Assembly (NCBI GenBank): GCA_009782475.1
Contig: WRIZ01000007.1
Coordinates: 2,132-66,131 of the forward strand
Length of the DNA: 64,000 nucleotides
Source: Oscillospiraceae bacterium
GTDB lineage: Bacteria > Bacillota > Clostridia > Oscillospirales > UBA929
Direction: 5' to 3'
Shown: piece by piece, positions 41,405-49,905 of the stretch
Position numbering within the stretch: the stretch's first letter is position 1
How the letters are laid out: each line of letters opens with the position of its first letter
Made by a program: the position numbers and the translations under genes
Notes under the pieces: generated by a model
What the model was told of the DNA's origin: nothing
Database searches by the model: none
The model's input: the letters and a program-made list of their open reading frames with translations, nothing else

Positions 41405-43291
41405 CTATTTTCTTTTGTTGTAATAAAGCACAAGAGCCACCCCTGCCGCCATAACCGCGGCGGAGACAATGATCACAAGCATATAGCTGTCTTTATCGTC
41501 CGCGTCCTCGTCATCCCCGCCGGTCGGCGGGGGTGTTTCCGTTTGCCCGCCGGACGATTTATCGGGTGCGGAGATGGGTGTCATAGAGGCTTGGCCGCCG
41601 CTTTTCACATCGTCATACGCCCCGGCGAGATAGCCTTCGGGGTCCATGACGGCGTAGTAGGCGAGTTTGGGGCTGGTGCTTTCGTCAAACAGAAGGGGGC
41701 TTCCCCCGCTGCGCCAGCTGGTGGGGTCGTCGATCCCCCAAATGGAGACGCGAACGATATGGTCGGAATATTTTTTGAAGATTTGAAAGAGTTCGGCATA
41801 GAGTTTAGCTTGCTTTTGCTCCTCCTCCTCGGTCAGTTCCTTATATCCCGTCCAGCTTCCCATCGGGATGTCCAGTTCGGCAATGCTGAGCTCACATCCT
41901 GTTTGAATCCACCGTATGATGGTTTCTTCCACATTGGCCGGGTTGAGATGGTTTGTCCAGTAATGCGCCTGCAACCCCAACCCTTCGATCAGGAGCCTAT
42001 TGGGTTCGGTGTTGCGCGGGTCGGTTCTCCATTGTTCGTTGAGTTCTTCCGTCATTAGGGCAATGACTTCGCGCTTGTGGGCGTATTCTTCGTTATAATC
42101 AAGATAATAGAGGATGGCATTAGGGTCGGCCTGACGGGCAAAAACAAAGGCGTCGTAGATATAATCAGCTCCGCTTTCCCCGGTACTTGTGTCGGCACCG
42201 TTTTCATACGCTCCATACCATGGAGAATCTTCGTTGGTAGTGCCGTTCTTGCGCAGCTCGTCGTGCCAATAACCGTCGCCGGTGCTGGGAGTGAACGCTT
42301 CGTTCACAACGTCCCAGGAGATGACGCGTCCGGCGTAATGCCCCGCCACGGTGGTGATGTAGTCCTCCAAGTTGGCGCGCGCCTCCGCGCGGGTCAGCAC
42401 CGACCCGTTGGGGTGTTGATTCAGCCAATCGGCCGACTGGGCGTGCCATACCAAAGTGTGCCCATGTACGGGGAAACCTGCGCCGGAGAGGATTTGCAGC
42501 ATGGCGTCGGCGGCGTCAAAGATATATTCACCCTTGCTTGCTCCGCCCAGGGCGTCGGGTTTCATGGCATTGCCCAACGTCATCACATTGAAATGGCGTT
42601 TGACCAGCTCAAACCGCTGCCCGTTGAGGTCGGAGCGGACAACCGCGCTGCCCAGCAGAAAATGTTCGGCGTAGATTTCCTTCAATGACGGCAGGTTCAA
42701 ACTTGGGGTGATCCCCCCGCCCTGCGGCGGATAAAACAGCATATCATCTATGTAGAACTCCGCGTCGGGCACATCACATTCGATGTAGATGGTCACAAAC
42801 TCCGCGTTGGGATAGGAAGCCGTTCCAGTCAGTTCTGTCCAGCCCCCGGCGCGGGAAACCGTTTTCTCGTCAAGGCTGTAGTATTGCGCGCCGTCGCCCT
42901 GCCCGATTTGGGTACACAACCTGAATGTCACGCTCTCCGGCGTCTTGGGCAAGACCCAAATTGAGACGTCGTAGTGCAGACCCGGTTCGATATGCGCCGA
43001 TACGTTCCTTGAAGGACCGTGCCATGCTGCGCTTCGGTTGGTGACCAACAGGGATTTCGTCCCGCCGCGAGCCTCTTCATCGGTCACGGTGAGAACCTCA
43101 CTTCCGGCGTGGCCGCTAAAGCCCTGCCTGTTGTTGCTCTCAAAATCGATAAACGGCATCTCCACAGCCGCTTCAGCAAAAAAGGCGGACGGCGCGGAAA
43201 GGAGCAGTAACGTGACCGCCAGCAAACAAGCAAAACAGCGGCGGGCTCGGTTTTTTCCAAACATATCGTTTTCCCTTTCTATCTTCTTCAC
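41405..43291 (-). CDS. Secreted, membrane-anchored GH10 endo-xylanase with CBM22/CBM4_9 module
   Basis: Signal peptide; CBM motif FYIDD; GH10 NAMKP, HGHTLVWH.Q, WDVVNE, IAELD; C-terminal TM plus basic tail. Start may be ATG 43264. Confidence 0.92.
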   Translation of the reverse strand: MKKIERENDMFGKNRARRCFACLLAVTLLLLSAPSAFFAEAAVEMPFIDFESNNRQGFSGHAGSEVLTVTDEEARGGTKSLLVTNRSAAWHGPSRNVSAHIEPGLHYDVSIWVLPKTPESVTFRLCTQIGQGDGAQYYSLDEKTVSRAGGWTELTGTASYPNAEFVTIYIECDVPDAEFYIDDMLFYPPQGGGITPSLNLPSLKEIYAEHFLLGSAVVRSDLNGQRFELVKRHFNVMTLGNAMKPDALGGASKGEYIFDAADAMLQILSGAGFPVHGHTLVWHAQSADWLNQHPNGSVLTRAEARANLEDYITTVAGHYAGRVISWDVVNEAFTPSTGDGYWHDELRKNGTTNEDSPWYGAYENGADTSTGESGADYIYDAFVFARQADPNAILYYLDYNEEYAHKREVIALMTEELNEQWRTDPRNTEPNRLLIEGLGLQAHYWTNHLNPANVEETIIRWIQTGCELSIAELDIPMGSWTGYKELTEEEEQKQAKLYAELFQIFKKYSDHIVRVSIWGIDDPTSWRSGGSPLLFDESTSPKLAYYAVMDPEGYLAGAYDDVKSGGQASMTPISAPDKSSGGQTETPPPTGGDDEDADDKDSYMLVIIVSAAVMAAGVALVLYYNKRK

Positions 43292-43710
43292 GAATGAACG
43301 GTCAACTCGGTTAAAGCCAAACGGACATAAATATTCCCAATCGCTTCATAGGTTTCCAAAACGCCGGTTATGTCAATGGTTTGCTCCTCTTCCGGGTAGC
43401 CGCCCTTCCAAATAAACTCCAATCCTTGCTGGCAGCAGCTGGCTTCATCCCCGACCATCACAAAATGGTGGATAAGCCCTGTTTGCTCAAAATACGTGGA
43501 ATAATACTGCCCTTTGATCTTAATGGTTTTTCCCAAATAGTCATCAGAGTTTTGCAATATTGTAACAAGCTGAGAATACGCCACCACACTGCCGAGGATG
43601 CTTAAATCCAAATCAACACCGCCGGCAGGCTTTTTGCCTTGACCCGAACAGCCCGAAAGCAATGATCCCGCAAGGCAGATGGCAACCAAAACGGACAAAA
43701 TTCTCTTCAA
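43288..43710 (-). CDS. Lipoprotein associated with metal ABC transporter (CC..GLEF motif)
   Basis: Lipobox LSGC; YLGKTIKIKG, SCCQQGLEF. Confidence 0.7.
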   Translation of the reverse strand: MKRILSVLVAICLAGSLLSGCSGQGKKPAGGVDLDLSILGSVVAYSQLVTILQNSDDYLGKTIKIKGQYYSTYFEQTGLIHHFVMVGDEASCCQQGLEFIWKGGYPEEEQTIDITGVLETYEAIGNIYVRLALTELTVHS

Positions 43711-44561
43711 CCCGCAACCCTCCTTGTGAATAAACCGGCCGCGCTGAACAGGAAAAACCCGGCAATGTCAACGGCAACAATGGTGGCACCCACAGGCGTA
43801 TCGGCAACGATGGAGATAAGGATGCCAAAAGCGGCGCAAACAACCGATATGATAACGGAGGATATGGTGACCGCCTTAAAGTTTTTGAAAACGCGCATGG
43901 CCGACAGAGCCGGAAACACCACCAACGCGGAGACCAGGAGCGAACCGACCAAATTCATCGCCAGCACAATGATGACGGCGATCACAACGGCCAAAATCAG
44001 ATTGTACAGTTTGGCTCTTGTTCCGGTCGCCGTGGCGAAATCCTCGTCGAAGGTAACGGCGAATATCTTATGGTAAAACAACAGGAAGACCGCAACCACC
44101 AAAACCGATAACCCAATGCACAGCCAAACATCGGTGGTGGATAACGTCAGAATGGACACCGAACCGAACAATGTGGCGCAGACGTCCCCGGCCAGGTTGG
44201 AGGCTTTGGAGAAGATGTTCATCACAAGATAGCCGATGGCAAGGGCTCCCACCGAGATCATGGCGATGGCCGCGTCGCCTTTGATTTTGGCGTTCTGCCC
44301 TGTGCGCAATAACAGGATGGCGCACAGGATGGTGATCGGGAGGACAAGAAAAACATTGTTTGACAGCTTCACCGCCGTAGCAATGGCCGTTGCGCCGAAA
44401 GCGACATGCGCCAGGCCGTCCCCGATAAACGAGAACCGCTTTAACACCAGCGTCACACCCAGCAGCGATGAACAGAGGGCTGTCAGAACGCCGACAGCCA
44501 TGGCATATCGAACGATCGGAAACTGAAAGGATGCCGCCAGCTTATCCAGCATCTCGGTCAT
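43707..44561 (-). CDS. znuB: Zn/Mn ABC transporter permease
   Basis: LVLKRFSFIGDGLAHVAF, TFDEDFA.A.G, VGSLL.SAL. Confidence 0.88.
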   Translation of the reverse strand: MTEMLDKLAASFQFPIVRYAMAVGVLTALCSSLLGVTLVLKRFSFIGDGLAHVAFGATAIATAVKLSNNVFLVLPITILCAILLLRTGQNAKIKGDAAIAMISVGALAIGYLVMNIFSKASNLAGDVCATLFGSVSILTLSTTDVWLCIGLSVLVVAVFLLFYHKIFAVTFDEDFATATGTRAKLYNLILAVVIAVIIVLAMNLVGSLLVSALVVFPALSAMRVFKNFKAVTISSVIISVVCAAFGILISIVADTPVGATIVAVDIAGFFLFSAAGLFTRRVAG

Positions 44562-45271
44562 GTTTGCTCACCTTCCGATCTGATGTATCTTCGACCCGCC
44601 TCACTCTCTGTATAGCCCCCGGCTGTGCCGAAATACAGAGGGTTTTGCTCCCCTATGTGCAGGATGTGGGAGGCATGTTTCATAGAAGCGGTAATGTCGT
44701 GCGAAATCATGATGACGGTTGTGCCGCCGTCATTCAAATCCTTGATCAGCGCGTATAAATCGGCCGAAGCGTTGGGGTCAAGCCCCGCCACCGGCTCGTC
44801 CAGCAACAGGAGCTTCCGGGTGGCGCACAACGCCCGCGCCAACAGCACCCGCTGCTGCTGCCCGCCGGACAGCTCCCGGTAACACCGTTTTGCGAGGTTG
44901 GAGATACCCAGCCTCTCCATGTTTTCATCCGCCGCCCGCTTTTCGGCCTTGTTGAAATACGGGCGGATGCCGCAGCGGTTTAAGCAGCCCGAACGCACAA
45001 CCTCCCGGACAGACGCCGGAAAATCTTTTTGAACCACCGTCTGCTGGGGCAGATAGCCGATTTCTTCGGGCAGCAGCCCGTCCCCCATTTGAATTTCGCC
45101 CGACATCGGCGTTTTCAGATGAAGCAGGGTTTTCATCAGCGTGCTTTTGCCCGAACCGTTATCCCCGACGATGCACAGATAATCCCCCGCATTTACGGTG
45201 AAGGAGAGATTGGAAACAACCGTCTTCCCGTCGTACCCGAGGATCAGGTTTTGGCATGACAACAGCGGCAT
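44558..45271 (-). CDS. znuC: Zn/Mn ABC transporter ATPase
   Basis: GDNGSGKST, GYLPQ, LSGGQQQRV, LLDEP. Confidence 0.9.
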   Translation of the reverse strand: MPLLSCQNLILGYDGKTVVSNLSFTVNAGDYLCIVGDNGSGKSTLMKTLLHLKTPMSGEIQMGDGLLPEEIGYLPQQTVVQKDFPASVREVVRSGCLNRCGIRPYFNKAEKRAADENMERLGISNLAKRCYRELSGGQQQRVLLARALCATRKLLLLDEPVAGLDPNASADLYALIKDLNDGGTTVIMISHDITASMKHASHILHIGEQNPLYFGTAGGYTESEAGRRYIRSEGEQT

Positions 45272-45286
45272 ATGTCTTCTCCTTTG

Positions 45287-46267
45287 TTACTGTAAAGCCT
45301 CTTTCAATACATTCAAATTGCTCCCCATGATGGCAAGATAGGCCGCCCCGCTTGCCGCGCCGCCCGATGTGACCGACTGCATCGAATCCAGCACGAGGAT
45401 TCCCCGGTTTGGATCGTTGGAATTGCTGATGATGGTTTTGGCGATGGATTGGTTTGACCCTTCGGTCACCATCACATGGTTCAAATTCAGCTCGTCCAGT
45501 TTTTCCACCAAAAAAGTCATGGTTTGAAAGCTGGCTTCGGTTTCCGCCGAGCAGCCGGGGAAGGCCGCATACGCCTTTAACCCGTAGTCGTCCATCAGGT
45601 AACGGAAGGGGTAACGGTCACCGAACAATAATGTATCAACAGGAGCGGCATCCACCGCCTCCTTGTAGGCCGCGTCCAAGAACGATAACGCCGCCCGGTA
45701 GTCCGTCAGGTTGGCGTTGTATTGTTCAGCGTAGTCCGCATCCAGCGACGAGAGGATTTCGGCGATGGCGGCGCAGAAAATCTCCGCGTTTCGCAAAGAG
45801 AGCCACACATGCTCGTCAAACTCATCCTCATCGTCGTGATCGTCCTCATCGTGATCATCATCGTCCTGCATACCCTCGAAGAGTTCTTCTATCTTTGCCG
45901 CATCCCCGAGCGTTTCCAGCAAGTTTAAGACAATCATGTCCGGGTTTACCGCCTGCCGGAGCGCGGCGTCCGCCCAATGGTCGGATTCGCCTCCCACATA
46001 GATGAACAAATCGCAGGCGGATATGGTGATCATATCGTCGACGGAAGGCTGATAGTTGTGCAGGTCGGCCAAACTCCTCTGAAGCAGGGTCAGCTCTATA
46101 TCTCCTACCCTGTCCCCTAGGATTTGACGCACCCAGTCGTATTGCGGGAAGACGGTGCAAACGATCTTTAAGGAATCCCCCGCATCCGATTTGGTGCTTT
46201 CGTTTGGGGCTGAACAGCCGGCAAACACCAAGGCTGTTATGACAACAAATACAATGAATTTTTTCAA
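45287..46267 (-). CDS. znuA: Zn/Mn ABC transporter substrate-binding lipoprotein
   Basis: Lipobox FAGC; DLHNYQPS, Asp/His loop, DEHVWLS, GCSAETEAS. Confidence 0.9.
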   Translation of the reverse strand: MKKFIVFVVITALVFAGCSAPNESTKSDAGDSLKIVCTVFPQYDWVRQILGDRVGDIELTLLQRSLADLHNYQPSVDDMITISACDLFIYVGGESDHWADAALRQAVNPDMIVLNLLETLGDAAKIEELFEGMQDDDDHDEDDHDDEDEFDEHVWLSLRNAEIFCAAIAEILSSLDADYAEQYNANLTDYRAALSFLDAAYKEAVDAAPVDTLLFGDRYPFRYLMDDYGLKAYAAFPGCSAETEASFQTMTFLVEKLDELNLNHVMVTEGSNQSIAKTIISNSNDPNRGILVLDSMQSVTSGGAASGAAYLAIMGSNLNVLKEALQ

Positions 46268-46403
46268 TGGAATTGACTCCTCCTATGTACTGTATTTATA
46301 AACAGTGGCTGCATTTCCCATACAAATCGGTTTTCGCGGGGGCTAACAGGTTAAAAAACAGCCTTATTTAGCTGTTACAGTTTAGCATTCCCGCTTATAG
46401 AAG

Positions 46404-47084
46404 TCAATGAAAATATATCCTCTTGATCAGCCCCGCGTAATATCGGTGCGGGTAATGATCCAACGCCCGGGCGATCAGCGGCAGGCGGGGCGAGCCGACA
46501 TGCAGTTTGGCTCCCACATGGCGGAACCCCCACAGCGCGGGCGGGACTTTTGTGATGACGTCGTTGCTGTTTTCGATCCGCACCGTTTTGCTGACCCGTT
46601 TGTTGTATGACTTCATAAACGCCTTATTGCCTACGCGGGGACATCCGAAAACGATGGCTTCTATATCGCGGTCGGGGTAATTATATTCAATATCAACAGC
46701 GCAGAGAACGGCCAAAGCCGCGCCAAGCGAATGCCCGGTGATTTTCACCGCGCGGATTTCGGGTGTGATTTTGCTCAGGATACGGTCGCGTACGCCGGAC
46801 AGTTTATAAAGGTTGATGAATCCTGTATGCACGCGGATTTTCGATGATGTGTTGTTATACGGGACGGTTTTTTTCCAAAAGGTGAGGTCGGCTTTCCAGT
46901 CGTTCCATGAATCCGTCCCCCGGAAGGTGATCCAAAGGGTATCGCCTTCCCTGCATAAAAAATAATGCACGTCTGCCCGCCCGTATACATTGACGGCCTG
47001 ACAGCCATGAGACGTATAGGGCTGCACATCGCGGTAGGCCGCCGCCGAATATTCCATCGCCTTGATCATATCTGAACTGTTCAT
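46404..47084 (-). CDS. Lipase class 3
   Basis: FRGT, VHTGF, TGHSLGAALA, FGCPRVGN, D.IT.VP, final H. Confidence 0.92.
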   Translation of the reverse strand: MNSSDMIKAMEYSAAAYRDVQPYTSHGCQAVNVYGRADVHYFLCREGDTLWITFRGTDSWNDWKADLTFWKKTVPYNNTSSKIRVHTGFINLYKLSGVRDRILSKITPEIRAVKITGHSLGAALAVLCAVDIEYNYPDRDIEAIVFGCPRVGNKAFMKSYNKRVSKTVRIENSNDVITKVPPALWGFRHVGAKLHVGSPRLPLIARALDHYPHRYYAGLIKRIYFH

Positions 47085-47133
47085 CGTACCACCTCCAGCC
47101 ATCCTATGCCGGAGATGATGAACTGTTCGACAT

Positions 47134-47790
47134 TTATCGCTCCGCGCACCACCGAAGGGCGTTTTCCAGCAGACGTTGAACCTGTTGGTTCTGCCAGACA
47201 GCCGGATGATGCCCCGGCGTGAGGACGCAAACCCGTCCTTTGCCCTGCGTCCGCACCAAACCTGCCGGGCATATCCACGCGGGAGAATTGTGATACGGAT
47301 TTTCCCGGTATAAGTGTTCCTCGCCCTGCGGCGGGGAATAGGAGGCCATCAGAATGTCGCTATCATTTGATAGAATTTCCAATCGGTAGTGTTCGTCTAC
47401 CTCGCAAAACGCTTCTACACCCTCTGTCACCGGATGCGGTTTGAGCGGTTGCACCATAACCGGGCAATCACAGGGATGATAGGAAAAACGGCAGCCCAGC
47501 AACCGCCCCAGTGCAAGATTGGCGTCGGTTGTGACCGTTCCGTTATGTACGGCCAAAAGGCCTCCGCCGTTTTCTGCATATCGGATAAACGCGTTCTCCG
47601 TTTCCTCTGTCATCCACCCCTCGCCTTTGCAAAGAACGACGACGGGATAGTTGCTTAGGCATTCGGGAGAAAAAGTACCGGCATCGGTGACAACGTCAAA
47701 ACTGAACCCTTTTGCTTCGAGCGGTTTGACGCCGTCGGACGGCACAACTCCCGGGTGCCAATGATCGTCACAAATCAGCAAGCACTTCAT
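47134..47790 (-). CDS. ThuA-like (class I glutamine amidotransferase fold) protein
   Basis: DDHWHP, GGGLLAVH, HPVT.G, DEHY, GKGRV....PGH. Confidence 0.85.
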   Translation of the reverse strand: MKCLLICDDHWHPGVVPSDGVKPLEAKGFSFDVVTDAGTFSPECLSNYPVVVLCKGEGWMTEETENAFIRYAENGGGLLAVHNGTVTTDANLALGRLLGCRFSYHPCDCPVMVQPLKPHPVTEGVEAFCEVDEHYRLEILSNDSDILMASYSPPQGEEHLYRENPYHNSPAWICPAGLVRTQGKGRVCVLTPGHHPAVWQNQQVQRLLENALRWCAER

Positions 47791-48980
47791 ATATGGAACT
47801 CCATTTGACCGCCGCTGTATTCGGCGACATAGCCGCCGCGGAAACCGCTGACTTCGGCGTACCCGTTTTCATCGGTGAAGCATTTGGTTTCCGGGGTGCG
47901 CCATTCCTTCTGTATCAACTGATATAGAGCATCATACGCCGGTTTGACGCGGGCGTCGCGGGTCATCAGCCCGGCCGGGGCGTTGAGCCATCCGCCGTCG
48001 CTGAAGCTCCAGTAGGTGACGGCTTCCACCAGCGGGCAGTTGAACAGCAGCTTGTAGAACGCGGAAAGTTCCTCAGCCTGCCGCGCTTCGCCTTCTTCCG
48101 TTGTAGGCCATTCCTCAGGAGCGAAATCGTTTAAGTCGATGATTTCCGGCGGCATCAGCTCGCCCGAGACCAAGTTGACTTCGGTGAAGTGCAGAGGAAG
48201 CCCGAACTTTTCAAAACGCGCCAAGACGGTCTCGGTTTTTTCAAGATTCCAGCAGCCTTGGTGCATATGCGATTGCAAGCCGATGGCGTTGAACTGGACG
48301 CCTGCGTCCAGCAATTCCCCGATCAGGTTGCTGTACTCCTCGCTCATGTTAAAGTCGTTGATGAGCAGGGTCGCGCTCGGGTTGGCCTGCTTCGCCTCGT
48401 CGAAGACCTTTTTCACAAGGCCGGTACGCCCCTCCTGCTTGCAGATGCGGGTGACGCCGTTGTCGTAACGGTCGAAAACAGGCATGATGACCACTTCGTT
48501 GATGACGTCCCACATGTCGATCGCGCCCTCAAACTCCGAGACGTCGCGTTTGATGCGTTCCAGCTGCGCCGACAAAATCTCGGCGTTGGACAGATCGAGC
48601 AGCCACGGAGCGGTGACGGTGTGCCAGCATAGAGGATGCCCCTTGACGGCAATACCCTTTTGGCGCAGCCATTGGGCGGTGTTCAGCAGGCGCGCCGTAT
48701 CCGGTTTGCCGCGTTCCGGCTCAAAACGCCCCCAGTAAAAGGGCAAGGTGATGAAATTGAAGAGTTCCAGCATCTTCCCCACCCGCGCCTCAGCCCGGGC
48801 TTTCTCCTCGCCCTCCAGCTCGCCGTTGACGACCTGCACCGACTCAAACCCGGCGCAGCCGAATTGTTCCCTGCTTGTCAGCTGCCGCACGGTGATCTCG
48901 CTGTTGGCCAGCGGCATCCCGTCCGTTCCGATGACCTGAATGGCTTCCGATCCCATTCTGTGCGCAACCATACTGCTCAT
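47787..48980 (-). CDS. GH10 glycoside hydrolase, no signal peptide
   Basis: KGHPLCWH, WDVINE, LINDF, GLQSHMH, LHFTE; ATGA overlap with comF. Confidence 0.9.
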   Translation of the reverse strand: MSSMVAHRMGSEAIQVIGTDGMPLANSEITVRQLTSREQFGCAGFESVQVVNGELEGEEKARAEARVGKMLELFNFITLPFYWGRFEPERGKPDTARLLNTAQWLRQKGIAVKGHPLCWHTVTAPWLLDLSNAEILSAQLERIKRDVSEFEGAIDMWDVINEVVIMPVFDRYDNGVTRICKQEGRTGLVKKVFDEAKQANPSATLLINDFNMSEEYSNLIGELLDAGVQFNAIGLQSHMHQGCWNLEKTETVLARFEKFGLPLHFTEVNLVSGELMPPEIIDLNDFAPEEWPTTEEGEARQAEELSAFYKLLFNCPLVEAVTYWSFSDGGWLNAPAGLMTRDARVKPAYDALYQLIQKEWRTPETKCFTDENGYAEVSGFRGGYVAEYSGGQMEFHI

Positions 48981-49597
48981 GGGGTACCCTCCTTTTTCAT
49001 TTGGCGCGCGGCTGCCGCGCAAATCATAACATCCTCCGCTCCGGCGGAGAGGAGTAAGCTCCGGCATTCCCCCGCTGTCGCGCCCGATGTATAAATGTCG
49101 TCGATCAGTAAAACGTGCTTCCCTTCCGGGTTTCGCAGCACTTGAAACACATCCCGCACATTCTCCCGCCGTGCCTTATCGTCAGCCATTTTTGTTTGAG
49201 ATTTGACTCGGCGTTTTTTCCTGAGCAGCCGTTCAACCGGAAGGGAGAGCCGCTTGCCCACGACGCGCGCCAGCCGTTCGCTCTGGTCGTATCCCCGCGT
49301 CCACCGCCGGAAAAAGTTGCACGGAACCCATGTGACAATGTCGATTTCCCGGCTGCCGACAGCCTCCGCCATCAGCAAACCGAAAACCTCCGCGCATCCC
49401 GAAAACCCCTTGAACTTATATCTATGCAACGCCAGCCGCACCGTATCACGGTAAATCAACGGCGCGATCACGCCATCTGAATCCGGCGGTTCCCGCCACG
49501 GTAATGTGTCTTGGCAATCCCCGCACAGCCCGTCTTTACAGGATTTACGGCAGAAAACGCAGCGTTTGGGGAAGAGGAAGGATAAAAAGTCAAACAC
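48977..49597 (-). CDS. comF: ComF family phosphoribosyltransferase-like protein
   Basis: LFPKRCVFC...CGDC, RGYDQS, LLIDDIYTSGAT; GTG start 49597. Confidence 0.92.
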   Translation of the reverse strand: MFDFLSFLFPKRCVFCRKSCKDGLCGDCQDTLPWREPPDSDGVIAPLIYRDTVRLALHRYKFKGFSGCAEVFGLLMAEAVGSREIDIVTWVPCNFFRRWTRGYDQSERLARVVGKRLSLPVERLLRKKRRVKSQTKMADDKARRENVRDVFQVLRNPEGKHVLLIDDIYTSGATAGECRSLLLSAGAEDVMICAAAARQMKKEGTP

Positions 49598-49886
49598 CCG
49601 CCGTATCAACAGCGTTGCCGCAACATTTCTCCACGCAAATGCCGCACCCGGTGCATATATCGTAGTCAATCACAATTCTGCCGTAGGGGTTTGGCTCGCA
49701 CTTGCCGATATTGACGCCGCAATCACAGCCGCAGCCGCACCCTGATGACACAACGCACTCAACCCGCTTATCCATAATGGGTTCATCAACCTCAATGTAA
49801 CTGATTGCATCCACGGGGCAGATGTTGATGATGGTACACGCTTTTTCATTTGCGCCGCATTTTTGATCGTTGATGATAGGTTTCAT
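49590..49886 (-). CDS. 4Fe-4S ferredoxin-like protein with Cys-rich insert
   Basis: CPVDAI and CTGCGICVEKC motifs; SD GAGGTG before ATG 49886. Confidence 0.8.
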   Translation of the reverse strand: MKPIINDQKCGANEKACTIINICPVDAISYIEVDEPIMDKRVECVVSSGCGCGCDCGVNIGKCEPNPYGRIVIDYDICTGCGICVEKCCGNAVDTAGV

Positions 49887-49905
49887 CGCCGCACCTCTAT
49901 TCATA

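Noticed and set aside
45820-45870. Asp/His-rich repeat in znuA
   Set aside because: Ordinary metal-chelating loop of Zn-binding lipoproteins.
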